DNA of 63,443 bases, counting the filler, from Folioceros fuciformis (taxonomy: Eukaryota), in assembly GCA_049999805.1 (NCBI GenBank). It is 5 parts of 5 records of this genome, joined end to end, with 100 filler letters (N's around TTAATTAATTAA, not from the genome) between each part and the next. Parts side by side here need not be neighbours in the genome. Positions count along the whole stretch, not along the records: positions 45,260 to 56,942 come from JBNGIO010004008.1; 4 more parts are not named here. One strand, 5' to 3'. Shown piece by piece: positions 45,260 through 57,042 of this stretch (the first letter of the stretch is position 1; every line of letters starts with the position of its first letter). Position numbers and translations under genes: made by a program. The notes under the pieces are model-generated. The model was not told where the DNA came from. It did no database searches and saw nothing but the letters and a program-made list of their open reading frames with translations.

Positions 45260-47710
45260 GGAGAAGCGAGTGACCGAGTGATGAGTAAGGGCGAATGTGA
45301 AAGGACACCAAAAGGAGTGGAAGCCGGAAGTGAAGCGGAGTGTATGTGAATCGAGGATTGCTGAGATGGGGGGGGGAAAATGTATACAGAGGACTGATGA
45401 GTGGAGTAAGAGAGAGCAAAGCGGGTGAGATCCTGGGGCAAGGTGAGTAATGTGTCTGGGGTATAATGAGGTGTGGCAGGTGACTGATCGCGGTGAGCCT
45501 GGAGAGGTCGTGAAGAAGTTGAATTGAGACCGCAGAGGGTGTATCTATGGTGTGAGATCCCTCGGGTGGAAGGCGATTGCTGTTCATGTGTGCGTGCGTT
45601 TGATCCTGAGGTGTGAGGGGCAAAGGAAGGGAAGCGCAAAGGGAATGCGCGAAAAAAAACGGTCGGAAAGGGACGACTCGGAGAGAGAAAACTCTAGAGA
45701 GAGAGAAAGAGAGAGGGGGACCCACGAGTGGTAGCCCGAAAGACAACGGTAGTAGTCCACTGGGGAATGGAGGGTAGCCCAGTGGGCAACCAAGAGTAGT
45801 CCAGGGGGAGGTAGTCCCTGGAGCGACCGAGTGGTAGGGGAGTCGCCTGGAGGAAGAAGTAAGGGGGCTTGGTAAGGTCCGAGCACTGGACGCGTGTGTG
45901 TGAGTTAGTCGAGTTTAAGGTGTTGGCTGACTTTAGAAGCTAACCTGTGTAGTTTAACACAAATCATTCCCTTGGGATCGAATCCCAGAGCTACAACGAC
46001 ATAGAGGGCTTGTGTGGACCTCGCGGTACCCCCGGGTACCATATTTTAACCCCACACCCGCACTTGTGATGTTGTGGCTAGGAACTCGTGTGGGATTCAT
46101 ACAATGGGGCGCCTTCAGTTGCTGACGTTGTATCACTCCCTTGATCCTTCAAGTCCTGTAGCCACAATGCAGTGTCACGTGGTGCACAGAAAACCAAACA
46201 CACACCTCGTTGAGTCGACGAGACACAAGGCTGCTAGACTAACTCCAAAGCACAATCCATAGATGGAGATTACAGCTGATGGTACGACAGGATCTAGAAG
46301 CAGAGACAGGCGTATAGGCCCTCTGCTTGGCCATGGCTACAAAGTCCAAGGCTTTACACCACATCTCGCTGCTCTAGATATTCCACTGTAAAGCTCTGGA
46401 AACCCCTCTCCTCCTCTCAATACAAATATCTTACTGTCTACTCTTTGTGGCTCCTAAGGTCTTCCTTCCTGATCGCCCCTTGCATCGCTGAATGGGCATC
46501 TAGCGTCCTTCTCTTGGTGGCTTTTCCTTCAGCTGGCACACCCACGGCCGTGCGCCAGGCCTCGCTATCCCCTTGATCTGTTGCTAAGGTTGGATGGCCG
46601 TCTTCCATATTGTGGTGTCTTGGATCTTCAGTGGAAGAATCATATCTCTCTATCTTCCGATCATTTCCCCTACCGACAATCACTTCAAACAAGCTAGCAA
46701 AGGATTTTACTAGCTTGTTTGTCTCACCATCATCCTCACCACTCTCCTGCTCTTCACGAATGTCCTGCTCAGATTGCCTTAAGACCTGCCATGATGTTTC
46801 ACACTCATTGGTCCATCTCCAGAAAGGAAGATCCTTTCGTAGCATGGTGAGGAAGGGCGACACTAGCTCCCACCACTTCCCATACTCTTGACTTCGACCT
46901 GAGTTCCTCAAAGATGCTAGCAATACAATCAACTCACCATGATTAGTAGTCCGAGTATCTAGACAAGGGCTATTACTAACCAACCCTAGGGCCTCTAACC
47001 CTGCAGAGATTTGATGGAGCCACAGGTGGTTCCTCATTGCGTCCAAGCTCTCATTGCAAGCCTTCGTCCATTCGAAGCTGCAAGACTGGGCTAAGGATAT
47101 CAAAGGTGGCCTAAGTTCCTCCAAGCTTTCTATACGACACCAACAGTGGTGCCTTTCACAATAACGAAACCACAGATCCACCTCCTTCCTAGTTCTAGGT
47201 CTTTGCAGGGCTTGTGGGTCATAAGGGATCCACAGCACGCCTGAAGTCATCATTCAGCCTCACCGCGTCTCTTCTATGAGGATCCCTCAATGTGGCCGCC
47301 TTCTGTATGCTCTCACCAACAACATAAATAGTAGCCCTATTCTAAAAATACCAAACGCTCACAACCACACAGTCCTACCTAACTTATCCTATCATAATAA
47401 CGTAGACAACCTCAAGGTTAGATGCACTCGCCCTCCCTCTAGTCACAGACTTCATAACCTTCTTCCCTCCCTCTCCTGCATATAAACTCAAAGCCTTATC
47501 TGGTTAGATGGGAGCATCCACCTACTTAACTCAGGCAAAGAACTTCTTCAAGTAGCTAAGACTCACTACCTCCTCCTGAGTCGTGAAATCTGGTAGTAGG
47601 AGTATCTTGACAGCACCTAGTAAGAAGGGTCCTTCCCATTATGGCTTCAGTTTATACCCTGGCTCCTTCTTCATGTAACGCCAGATGTTAAGCTTCAGGA
47701 CCCAATCTCG
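45260..47710 (-). mobile_element. 3' end of a Ty3/gypsy element: integrase tail, extra ORF, PPT and 3' LTR (45260-46135, cut by scaffold end)
   Basis: DWVLKL..KLKP*WEGPF (GPF motif) at 47531-47710. Minus-strand PPT TTGAAGGATCAAGGGAG is followed by TGATAC at 46135. Confidence 0.72.
46438..47253 (-). CDS. Extra 271-aa ORF of the gypsy element, unknown function
   Basis: Open ATG-initiated ORF between pol and the PPT. It contains LRKDLPFWRWTNECETSWQVLR, which resembles the gypsy RT-RNase H connection segment. Confidence 0.5.
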   Translation of the reverse strand: MMTSGVLWIPYDPQALQRPRTRKEVDLWFRYCERHHCWCRIESLEELRPPLISLAQSCSFEWTKACNESLDAMRNHLWLHQISAGLEALGLVSNSPCLDTRTTNHGELIVLLASLRNSGRSQEYGKWWELVSPFLTMLRKDLPFWRWTNECETSWQVLRQSEQDIREEQESGEDDGETNKLVKSFASLFEVIVGRGNDRKIERYDSSTEDPRHHNMEDGHPTLATDQGDSEAWRTAVGVPAEGKATKRRTLDAHSAMQGAIRKEDLRSHKE

Positions 47711-47815
47711 CTTCAGGACCTCTTTTCGTCTCTTCTTACCTTCCCTTGGTGGCTTTTCCTTCGGGACGCACCCCGTTCACCCTGACAACATACCCCCCAT
47801 GCTGGGCCTGCTGCC

Positions 47816-47947
47816 CTCTTTGACAACCGCTTGGGGGGAAGCGTTCCTGCGGAGCTAGGTTTTCTGACGGACCATCTTTCCCTCCCGTATCTGGACGGGA
47901 ACCTGCTCAATGGCAGCATTCCGGACTCGCTGAGTAATTGCAGTCTT
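47816..47947 (+). pseudogene. Isolated plant LRR gene fragment (two repeats)
   Basis: LFDNRLGGSVPAELGFLTDHLSLPYLDGNLLNGSIPDSLSNCS matches the plant extracellular LRR consensus. Confidence 0.75.
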
Positions 47948-49846
47948 TATAATCACACTTGTGCTCTCACTTTGATGATTTCTTTTTCACTTCTTTTCTT
48001 TTTTGTTTTCCTAGCCATCATCCTATTCCAATAGCCTACGAGTCTGGCCTGTCAAGTGAGGAGAACAACAATAACTTGGGCTGGCTTCAGATGCGTGCAA
48101 CAATGCAACTTCTCTCCGAGAGCGCACACGTGGTACCACTGACGGGAATAGCCAACATGGTGCGACATCGCAGCCACGCTGAGCTGAATGTCCGTGTTAC
48201 TGCTCGCATTGAGGAGCAGGAGTGGTAGGTTCCGATCGGCAGCCTGGATCTAAAGGGCTGTAAGATGAACGAAGTGCTCGAGCTGAAGTCGAGTCGCAGC
48301 CTGGAGCGACCAAGGACTGCAGGGAATCCGCACGCTGAGGCGGGACCCCGAATCGGAGAAAACATGCCGGTTGGAGAGGCCGCGGTGCAGGAGATGGGCA
48401 CCGTCCAGGAGAGAAAATCAGCGGGAGCAAGGGGTCCGCGCTGATCCGCGGAGGATAAAGGAGAAAGGGCTTTAAACTGGCGCGCGATTTCGACATGAGG
48501 GTCCCACTCTGCCCCTTTTCTGTTCAATAAACTGCAGTATCTTCCGCCCCTAAGAGCCGAGAAGGCTGGTAAGGTAGGGGCGCTGGCATCCCTCCACACA
48601 CCGGCCGTGGATAGGCGCCCCACGTGGTGTGGCGTGGACAGGGGATCGGCATGCCGGCACCCGGTGCCCCTTCGCGCTTGGAGATGTGGGGCGGGANNNN
48701 NNNNNNTTCGCGCTTGGAGATGTGGGGCGGGAAGGGCGCCACCATGCCGGCACACTCCCTCCCGTTGGAATCGGCGATCCCAACAGAGTGCTGGGTCTCG
48801 TCCGTGGGTTTAGTCCCAGGAAACTCCGGCACCGATACCTCTTGTGAACTCATCTGGAGGTGTAGAACCTGGCGACTAGCACGTGTACTGAGGCAGGACG
48901 CTGGCATGCCGGCGGTCCGCGAAGGGCTATGGCATCCTCAGAAGAAAACGTGTCGGTGGCCGGCTTCCCCAGTCTACAGTTGGAGTCAATATTCTTGCAA
49001 GCCGGCACAACTCGGCGTACCTGCATTCAGAGAGACACAAGAAGCACCTTCTCTACGTCCTCCAGAAGCCGGTTCCGGAGCATGACAGGAACCTCGGACA
49101 GATCCCCGATTAGTCCTTCTGCCAGCATCGCATTATACACATCCTGTACACCTATGCAAACGCAACTTCAATCTCTTGCCTCACAATTATGCACTGCTTG
49201 ACGCCACAATCCTAAAATAAAGAACCTCGCAGCTGCTGAAATTTTCACTCGGATCCTCCGTAGAGGCCACTCGCGCTCCTAAATGCAAAGGGAGCAGAAG
49301 CTGAGCCCCACATCACGACGACCAATGCAACAGAGCCCTGCACCAATTCCGCGCCCCGGTAACAAGCAGGAGATCGAAGCCAGCAGGTTCATGTGTTCTC
49401 ACCATGTGCCCCGACTCCATGCCCTGGAAAGCGGTCCCCACAGCTTGAGCAAACAGGCCAAACTTGACCGCGGACCATAATCCGTTCAGAGCCTTGGTGG
49501 AGCAGCTAAGCTGGCTGAGAACAGCCCGGTAGTGAGGCGCAGGCGCTCCCAGAGGATCTGGCGTAGCCGTTCTAGAGAGCAATATCCTCAGAATCAGACG
49601 GCAAGGGCAGGCAGTGATATCCGGCCGAAGTTCCGAAGATTCAGCCGTACCTCTAAGGGATACGTAACTGTTGCGTCCAGTCTAGCACAAAACCATGCTC
49701 CCGCTTCAGCTCCTCCATATCTAGGAGCCTGGCCAACCTTTTAGCCCGCACTAAACCCTAAGTGAAGGGATGACTGATTGTCTGATTCTCTGTCTAGTCA
49801 TATGGTGCATAAGGCAGTCGGACGCGACATCTGCAAGGGTACATAC

Positions 49847-49924
49847 GGAAGCCGGCCCACAGGCCGCAGCCCAGATGGAGTCGTTGTGGGCATTCGGTAG
49901 TTTCTTCAATCTCAACAGCTTCAT
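49847..49924 (-). pseudogene. VIP3: Orphan N-terminal fragment of a VIP3/SKI8-like WD40 gene
   Basis: MKLLRLKKLPNAHNDSIWAAACGPAS resembles the VIP3/SKI8 N-terminus (NAHxDSxWAA) and ends at a GTATGT donor. No further WD40 exons were recognised. Confidence 0.6.
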
Positions 49925-52900
49925 TGCGGGTAGGCTCAACCGAGGTCAGCAAGGCCCTTCACTAAAACCCTAAAGCAAGGCAACCCCCTAGATTTTTCTA
50001 TTCAAGACGCCGGTCAGGCTGCCCCGGGGGACATTGATCCCAGGAGATCAATGTCTCAAAGTACAGAGAGTAAAAGGTCACTGTCTCAAAGTAGAGAGTA
50101 GCAGATCGAAGTCTTAAAATAGAGAGTAGTCGATCAATGTCTTAAAGTAGACGTGGTGATTGGAAATCTGCTGGGCAAAGCTCTACCTTGAAGAAATTAC
50201 GGAAGATCAGAGCCATAAAACTGCGGAAGAAGTAACGGCTTGACCAGTGTAAAGCATCTTACCATTTCTAGAAAACATATACACTGTTCCCACGCATTAT
50301 GAGATATACACATCAGTGCCACGCACACTCCTAAAACAAGATGGCACTCACACCGACAACCTTACCTTGGTAGGCAAGGCTTTATATAAGGTCGTTGGCT
50401 TTCTATGCTATGCTATTGGTCCTTGACTTGCCCGCTCCCTGATTCGCTTGACATAGGTTGCCCCTTCACGAAGATACACCCTTTTCCAGTCTGCCCCTTC
50501 AGGAAGATACACCCTTTTCCAGTCCAGGAAATACTCACTTGTCCTTATCAAACATGCTCTCTAGCCCTTTTGTCTACAAAAATTACTTTTAGGGTACTTT
50601 TTATAGCTGTTTAAAATATTTTAAAATAATATAAACCTGATCACTTTAAAATATTTAAAATAATAAAAAGAACTAAAATACTTATTTTAAAATATTATAA
50701 TATGCCACTTGTAACGGGCTCTCCCGTCACCCCAAGTGTGCATGGGCCCAGCTGCTTATGGAGGCCCACCAGCTCTGCACAACTCACCTACGCCGCAACA
50801 CAAGGGCAAGGCTGCCAATGGGGGGAACCCGACGTCCTTTCTGCCTCCAGGTCTTCCAGACCTTTCACCACACAGCGGCAGCGGAAGATGCCTAACACGG
50901 ACATGGGAGCACCGCACTGGGTCCGGTAGGATGTGCCGGGTTCGACGGTAAAGCAGCGCCTTGTGCATAAAAAACGCAGGGTTTTCTCGGCACTAATGAA
51001 TTATTGCTTCATAGTTGTCGGGATGGGCCAGCTTCTGATATCGTTTTCATGGCAAAAATAACAAAGTTATGTCCAACCTTTTAGAGAGGGTTATCAGCAA
51101 AAACACTGCTCCTGCAATAAACAAATCATACGATGCGGAGTACAAAGTACTTGGCAGTATGCATAAGGGATTGGCATGGAGCATCCCAGCATTTTTTTCT
51201 ACAAATTTTCATTGTTCTAGACGACTCATGGACGGCTACTCCAGCCCAAAATGAAGATTATGAGATGATTTCAAAGTGCAATGAACCTATACTCTCCACC
51301 AATATTGTTGAAACTTTTCCCTCCTAAGAACAACCAGTTGAGATGGTGGATTGAATTTAAAGCAAAAGCCCATTTCCATGGAATCTGCAGGTCAAGCGCA
51401 AACCTTGCTAAATTGATCAACAATGAGCTTCAATGGAAAATCTCACATTAGGGGCATGTTGAGAGCTGAATTGATCAACAATGAGCTTCAATGGAGAAGC
51501 TCACATTAAGGCCATGTTGAGAGGATGACATTAAGTTGAACTCATGTTCAACTTGTCTTACACACAAATTGGTGATGAATCTTGTCATGGCTTCAAGGAG
51601 GTAACCTCTCCATACTTTTAGAGTGACATCTTTCCAAAGATATCTCATAGCAGCCAGCATGTACTCGAGCATTCTTGAGAGCTTATCTCTTCATGCCAGT
51701 AATGCAACAGCATTAGTATGATAGCCTTTGCCCTCACCCTAGTTAGTTCAAGTTGAAGGTGTCTTTTTCAAGTTATTGTAATGATCTGATACAACATCTC
51801 TAAATAACTAGCTAAGAGTATTTTTAGTCAAGCATCTTGAGCAAAGGTTTGTGCTCAAGCAGTATAAACAAACTTTAAGGATGATAAGGAAACATGTGAC
51901 AAAGCACTTGAAAATATGGCACTTCTTGATAACGATCATGAAGTGGGAGATTAGGATGGGGTGACCAATACTTGTGCATGAACAACTTGTCATCAAAGTA
52001 CATAGTGATAAAATGCATGATTATCTAGGGAACTATTTGCTAGCCCACCAATAAATCCTCAAAATGAATCATTTAATTAATTCTAGGACTAGAAATAATT
52101 TTTGAAGAAATTACTTAAGTAGTTAGTGGTTATATTGATTACAGATACTTATAATGTTTGTGGTAAGAAAAACACATGCTCCTAACAATATAATAAATGC
52201 TAAGCATATCTTTGAACAAGCTACTATTTTCATGATGGTATTAGTGCATATTGCTCTCAATTCTTGAGCATTCAACTTGCTACCTACAAAGTCTTCAATT
52301 CTTCTATGTCTTTTCTATTCTTGCATCTTTTACTTGCTAGATATATAGTGAGTAGGCTTCACATTTGGCATCAACTTTATTATGCTCAAATTTTCATAAT
52401 GCACAATTTGTATATCCAGTTCTCTTCAAATGATAATGAATTCTTCATGTCCATCTAACATAAACTTTGAAGAGCACATTTGGCTGCAAAAAGAAAGAAA
52501 ATTATAAAACCCTCGAATTGTGATATCCAAGGAAGGAAAAAGTTTAATTATTGACTCAATTGGTTATCTTGCTGTAAAGATCATTAATTGTATTGGTTCA
52601 ATTTTAATTAATTCTCATAATCAAGAACATAAAATCAAAATTGCTGAAAGTAGTCTACTCAAAATCTTTAGTCTTATTTAAGTTAAGTCAATTGAATTAG
52701 CATTGCAACATATTCCTAATTTTTGTGCTTATCCTTCTACTTTTATAACTAATTTTATTTTCTCAAATAATTTATTATTTAGTTCAGATATAATAGGCTT
52801 AGAATATCGAATTCAAGATAGATTAGGCTTGTTAACAAATAAAATTTATGAACTTAGTAACAGACTTGAAAATCTTGATAACCAATTTTCTTCTCTTCAT

Positions 52901-53654
52901 CTTGAAGATAGTCCACTACATCATTATTATGTAGATTATGATTTTGACAAAATTGTAGCCAAAATTTCACATATAAATCCATTAACTTCAACACAACACA
53001 ACTTATACCCTCTAATTGCATCTACAATGTCTTATCTAGATAAAGAAGAACCATTTGCGGAGGAAATAATAAATAGCATCAATAAGAAGGACTCACATGA
53101 TTCGAAGCCAATAGTAGTCAATAAATATGCTAATGGCTTCAAAGAAAGAGATAGATTCAATAACAAGGGTTATAATATCTAGCACCTCCGAATGCGTGGA
53201 GTCCCTCGTAATCAAGATCTTTGAGAGGTTGTTAATGGAAGTTTTAAACATCCTAGTATGGGCTAATGTAATAAAACAAGGTCTAACCAAAACGATTGGA
53301 TTCCACAAAGCCCATTTGATGCACTATGAAATAAGTTTAATCCGTGCTGTCTATCCATTTTTTTCCAATTTTTTCAAACCATGGTGACCCCTGACATGTC
53401 TTCAATATTATCATGTTTAACTCGAACGAAGAAAACAAAAACCTATTGAGTTCTTCATATGTGGGTTTGATTTGAAACATGATTTTTCCATAACTAAAAT
53501 TGTGACCGACGTACTCACATCTACAAGAGAGACCTTTGTGTTCATCGCCATAAATGCTTTGTGACACAACATGAAGTCCAAACAGGTGGATGCAAGTTTC
53601 TATCAATAACAACAAGCTCATGTCAAAATGGCAACGAAGTGTATCATAAACTAC

Positions 53655-54930
53655 TTAGAAAAAAACCGGGTCATCCTGATTGGCTTCAGAATTAACTACG
53701 ACGTCTAACTCTCTCGTCTGTTGAGCATCCGCATCGCCGAAGTCGTTGCCATCCACCTTGAGCACGGAAAAGTTCAGGTCGTCCACAGTTTGGGGGGGTA
53801 TAGTTCCATTTTCATCCCATACCGTGATGGCATACAAGTCCTCCGTTGGCCTGTCATCACTTTGGGAGAAGACCTCCCTTTCTTCTCCAATAGACTATAA
53901 ACTTGCATTCTTTGTTCAACGCTGCCATCCCCACATACTTCTTTAGCCCAAAACTTGGATTGTCCACGCGTGAACGGTTCAGTGGTTATCTCTTCAACAG
54001 AGTCAGGCAAGGAACCTATACCAATAACCTGCTGCATAATGTAAGTAGTGCGCCTGAGGTCGACATCAATTGCAACGCCATGCCTTTCATTCTAAACCGC
54101 ACTCTAAAGAAGAGTGCCAGATCCTACACATGCATCCACCACCTAGTCGCCCTCCGAGGAAAACATGTTCACAAGCATACTCATCAACCTCAAGGGTTTC
54201 TGATACGGGGAGATGACTCGAGCATCTGTAGAATGAAAAGGTGCTTATTCACCACTGCTCCATGCCTTATAACTCGAGACAGAAGAAACCCTTGATTTGC
54301 AAATAATGCTGCTTTGGACTCGTGAGCATCGGTATGCACTACACTACCCATGGGTAAATATTCCACAGTTTCAACTGCACCCACGTTCGGGGGTATATTT
54401 ATCTTTTCCCATATCAAAGTTTGGATACTCCCCTTCTTGCACCATGGTCAGATCGCCTCTCTTGCTTCTGATATGAGATCAACTCCATGCATCAGGAAAA
54501 CCCTAAAAATGGTACTTAAAGTGCATGCGCTAAATCCCCAAATAATTTTATCCAACTCGGAGATGTTCATCTGCTTATGAAACTCATGTCGCTGAAGCCT
54601 GCGGGGCAAGTCTACACATAACAGCGTATATGGCTGTTTAACCAGAGATGCCTTCATTTCCAGAACATTCCGTTCAATAAACTGATATTTAACCTTCGTG
54701 TTACTCGAAGTTACCCTGAAGTCCGATAACCTTGTGTCCATATCTGCGTCCGCCAACTTTTGTTTCTCCTCTTCCATTCTTTTCCAATTCTTCACAGAGT
54801 ATACTAAATCTTGAAAAGGTTTTGGTATGGACTCTAAGTCCGAAATGTTTGCGGGTTTCTACATTCCGAAAGGAACTTGTTAGTCTATGTTCATAAACGT
54901 CACAAATCTGCATAAACAATTCACTTCTAT
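53655..54930 (-). pseudogene. Decayed beta-class N4-cytosine/N6-adenine DNA methyltransferase-like ORF
   Basis: Order on the minus strand: FIERNVLE..YTLLCVDLPR (motif IV-like, 54612-54601), TLIWEK..VEYL, then after a 1-nt frameshift near 54236 ISPYQKPLRLMSMLVNMFSSEGD*VVDACVGSGTLL*SAV*NERHGVAIDVD (motifs X, I, II). Confidence 0.78.
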
Positions 54931-54933
54931 GAC

Positions 54934-55047
54934 CTCGAGTGTGCCGATCTATCGGCGCACTCCGGTCACCATGAGCTCGAGTGCGCTGGTAGACCGACGC
55001 ACTCCAGCCGCTATGATCTCGAGTGCGTCAGTAGACCGGCACACTCC
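54934..55047. repeat. Three 42-bp tandem units, each an imperfect hairpin
   Basis: CTCGAG at 54934, 54976 and 55018. Stems such as GAGTGTGCCGAT-CT-ATCGGCGCACTC. Confidence 0.85.
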
Positions 55048-55099
55048 TACCGGCTTATGCCAAGTATGCTTATTAAGCATACTTGGGATGCCAAGGATG

Positions 55100-55985
55100 A
55101 GAAGGCATAAGACATTCTTATTAGTAGTTTTTCACAACAAATGATGAGACATATAAGTGAAGCAGGATCATCTAAAAAAATGTGGAACCATTTCGCCCAA
55201 TTATATTTCTCTATAGATGTCATAAGCTAAAGGATAGCTACTCACAACTTCAACAACCTCAAGATCAAGGAGTTAGACCTTATCAAACATCATGTTAATG
55301 CTTTTCGCATGATAAGATCACAACTTGAGGTTGCATCCAAAACAAAGCTCTGAGAATTGAATTGCTTCATGGTTTTCTTATCCTCCTTGCACCTTTTTAC
55401 AAATCATCTATTACAACTCAAAATTTTGAGAAATTCTCACAAAAATATGAGGATATATGATTCACAAGGTTGTTGCAGAGGAACCTACCAACGCTCTACA
55501 ACTCCTACACAGCATGGTTTTATTGGAGATATCGCATCTCTTTCCACACTTGCAAAAGGTATTAAGAAGAGTGGTATGATATGTAAATGGTGTAGAATTC
55601 TTAACCACATGGAGAAGGACTATAGAAAGAAAAAAAATGGTGAGCCTAGGAAAGAGGCATCCCTTAGAGCACATCTTGCTGTTAAGCGACAACCTACGGC
55701 AACACCATTAGCTCTTATTGCAAGTTAGGCTTCATCCAAGCCTTCTAACCCTGGTTGGTACCTTGACAGTGGAGCTACCTCACACATCAGCTGCAACAAA
55801 ATCTTTTTGAGTCTTATTCCCCAACCAAAAGGTCACAAGTTTGTCCTCTTGGGTGATGACCACAACCTGTCCATATCTAGGGTAGGTCATGTACTTATCA
55901 TATGTGATTTAAGTGACAACTTCTTTTGAATAACGTCCTTCACGTACCATTCATGTATGAAAATCTTTTATTGAATGCTAGTCTA
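55100..55985 (+). mobile_element. Highly decayed copia gag-protease remnant
   Basis: CKWCRILNHMEKD knuckle remnant and WYLDSGATSHISC, with many stops. Confidence 0.75.
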
Positions 55986-57042
55986 TATTAAGCACATACT
56001 ATGTGCGAACCTCCAAAGTTTGGGGTAGTGGTTTGGGGTAGTGGTTTCTTTTGGTTGAAAAAGGGTTGACAGCGGTATGGTTTGGTTTACTTTTTCAACT
56101 TATTCTCCCTAATTTTCCTTTATTTTCTAGTCATTTTTCCTATTTTTTTAATACTAATTAGGTTAATTGACCGGTAAATAATTAGTTTGGTTATCAGATG
56201 GGTATAGGTTTGGTCCCAGACCTAGAAAAGTTAAGGTATGGTACCGGACCATAGGGTCGAGAAAGTTTGAATTCAGGTTTGGTGATTGGTGCAATATTAA
56301 TTAAAGGTAGATAATATTAAATATTTAAATATTAATTAAATAATGAAATAATTAAATAACTATTTGAACCTAGGAGCAGGAATATGTCAGGTGGTCAGGC
56401 TGGCTGTCAGGGTTGCATTATTGAGAAAACAGCCGTGAGAGTTGTGCCCTAGCTAGGGCATGACTGCAGCCATTCCCATCCCCATTCCTCTCCCTCCCTT
56501 TTCCCACATTCTTCTTCCCTACCTCTTTTCTCCCTTCCTTCTCAATCTCTTTGTCCTGTCCTTCCCTTGAATTCAAGCTGCAGCTAGAAGGATCCATCCT
56601 CGAGAGTTGGGATTGAATGTGCTGTAGGAGTGGTATGAGCTGGGAAGCAAGGAGTGGCACACCGTCTAGGGAACCAGGCTGCATACTTGAAGGAATCAAC
56701 TCACCACCGTGATATAGGAAGCCAACCGCTGCGGAATTTGGCCAGGCTGATGGGATTGGGGTGCACACCGCGGATTTCAGGAGCCCAAGCTGCTGATGAG
56801 CTGGATGCACTGTAGGCTGTAGACTGGGGGAAGTGCGCTACAAAGATCTTCAAGCCGGATTACAGAAGATTGAGACGTCTTACCTCGGCAATTCCAACCT
56901 CCTGTCCGCCCATCAGCACTGTCCCCATCCTCGCTGCTGTCTNNNNNNNNNNNNNNNNNNNNNNNNNNNNNNNNNNNNNNNNNNNNTTAATTAATTAANN
57001 NNNNNNNNNNNNNNNNNNNNNNNNNNNNNNNNNNNNNNNNNN

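Noticed and set aside
50248-50554. Solo LTR (TGTAAAG...AAACA with a TATA-like motif and a 33-bp duplication)
   Set aside because: No matching TSD and no second copy in the window, so it is not supportable.
52703-53182. 159-aa AT-rich ORF
   Set aside because: Non-ATG start and no recognisable domain. It may be a TE remnant but cannot be called.
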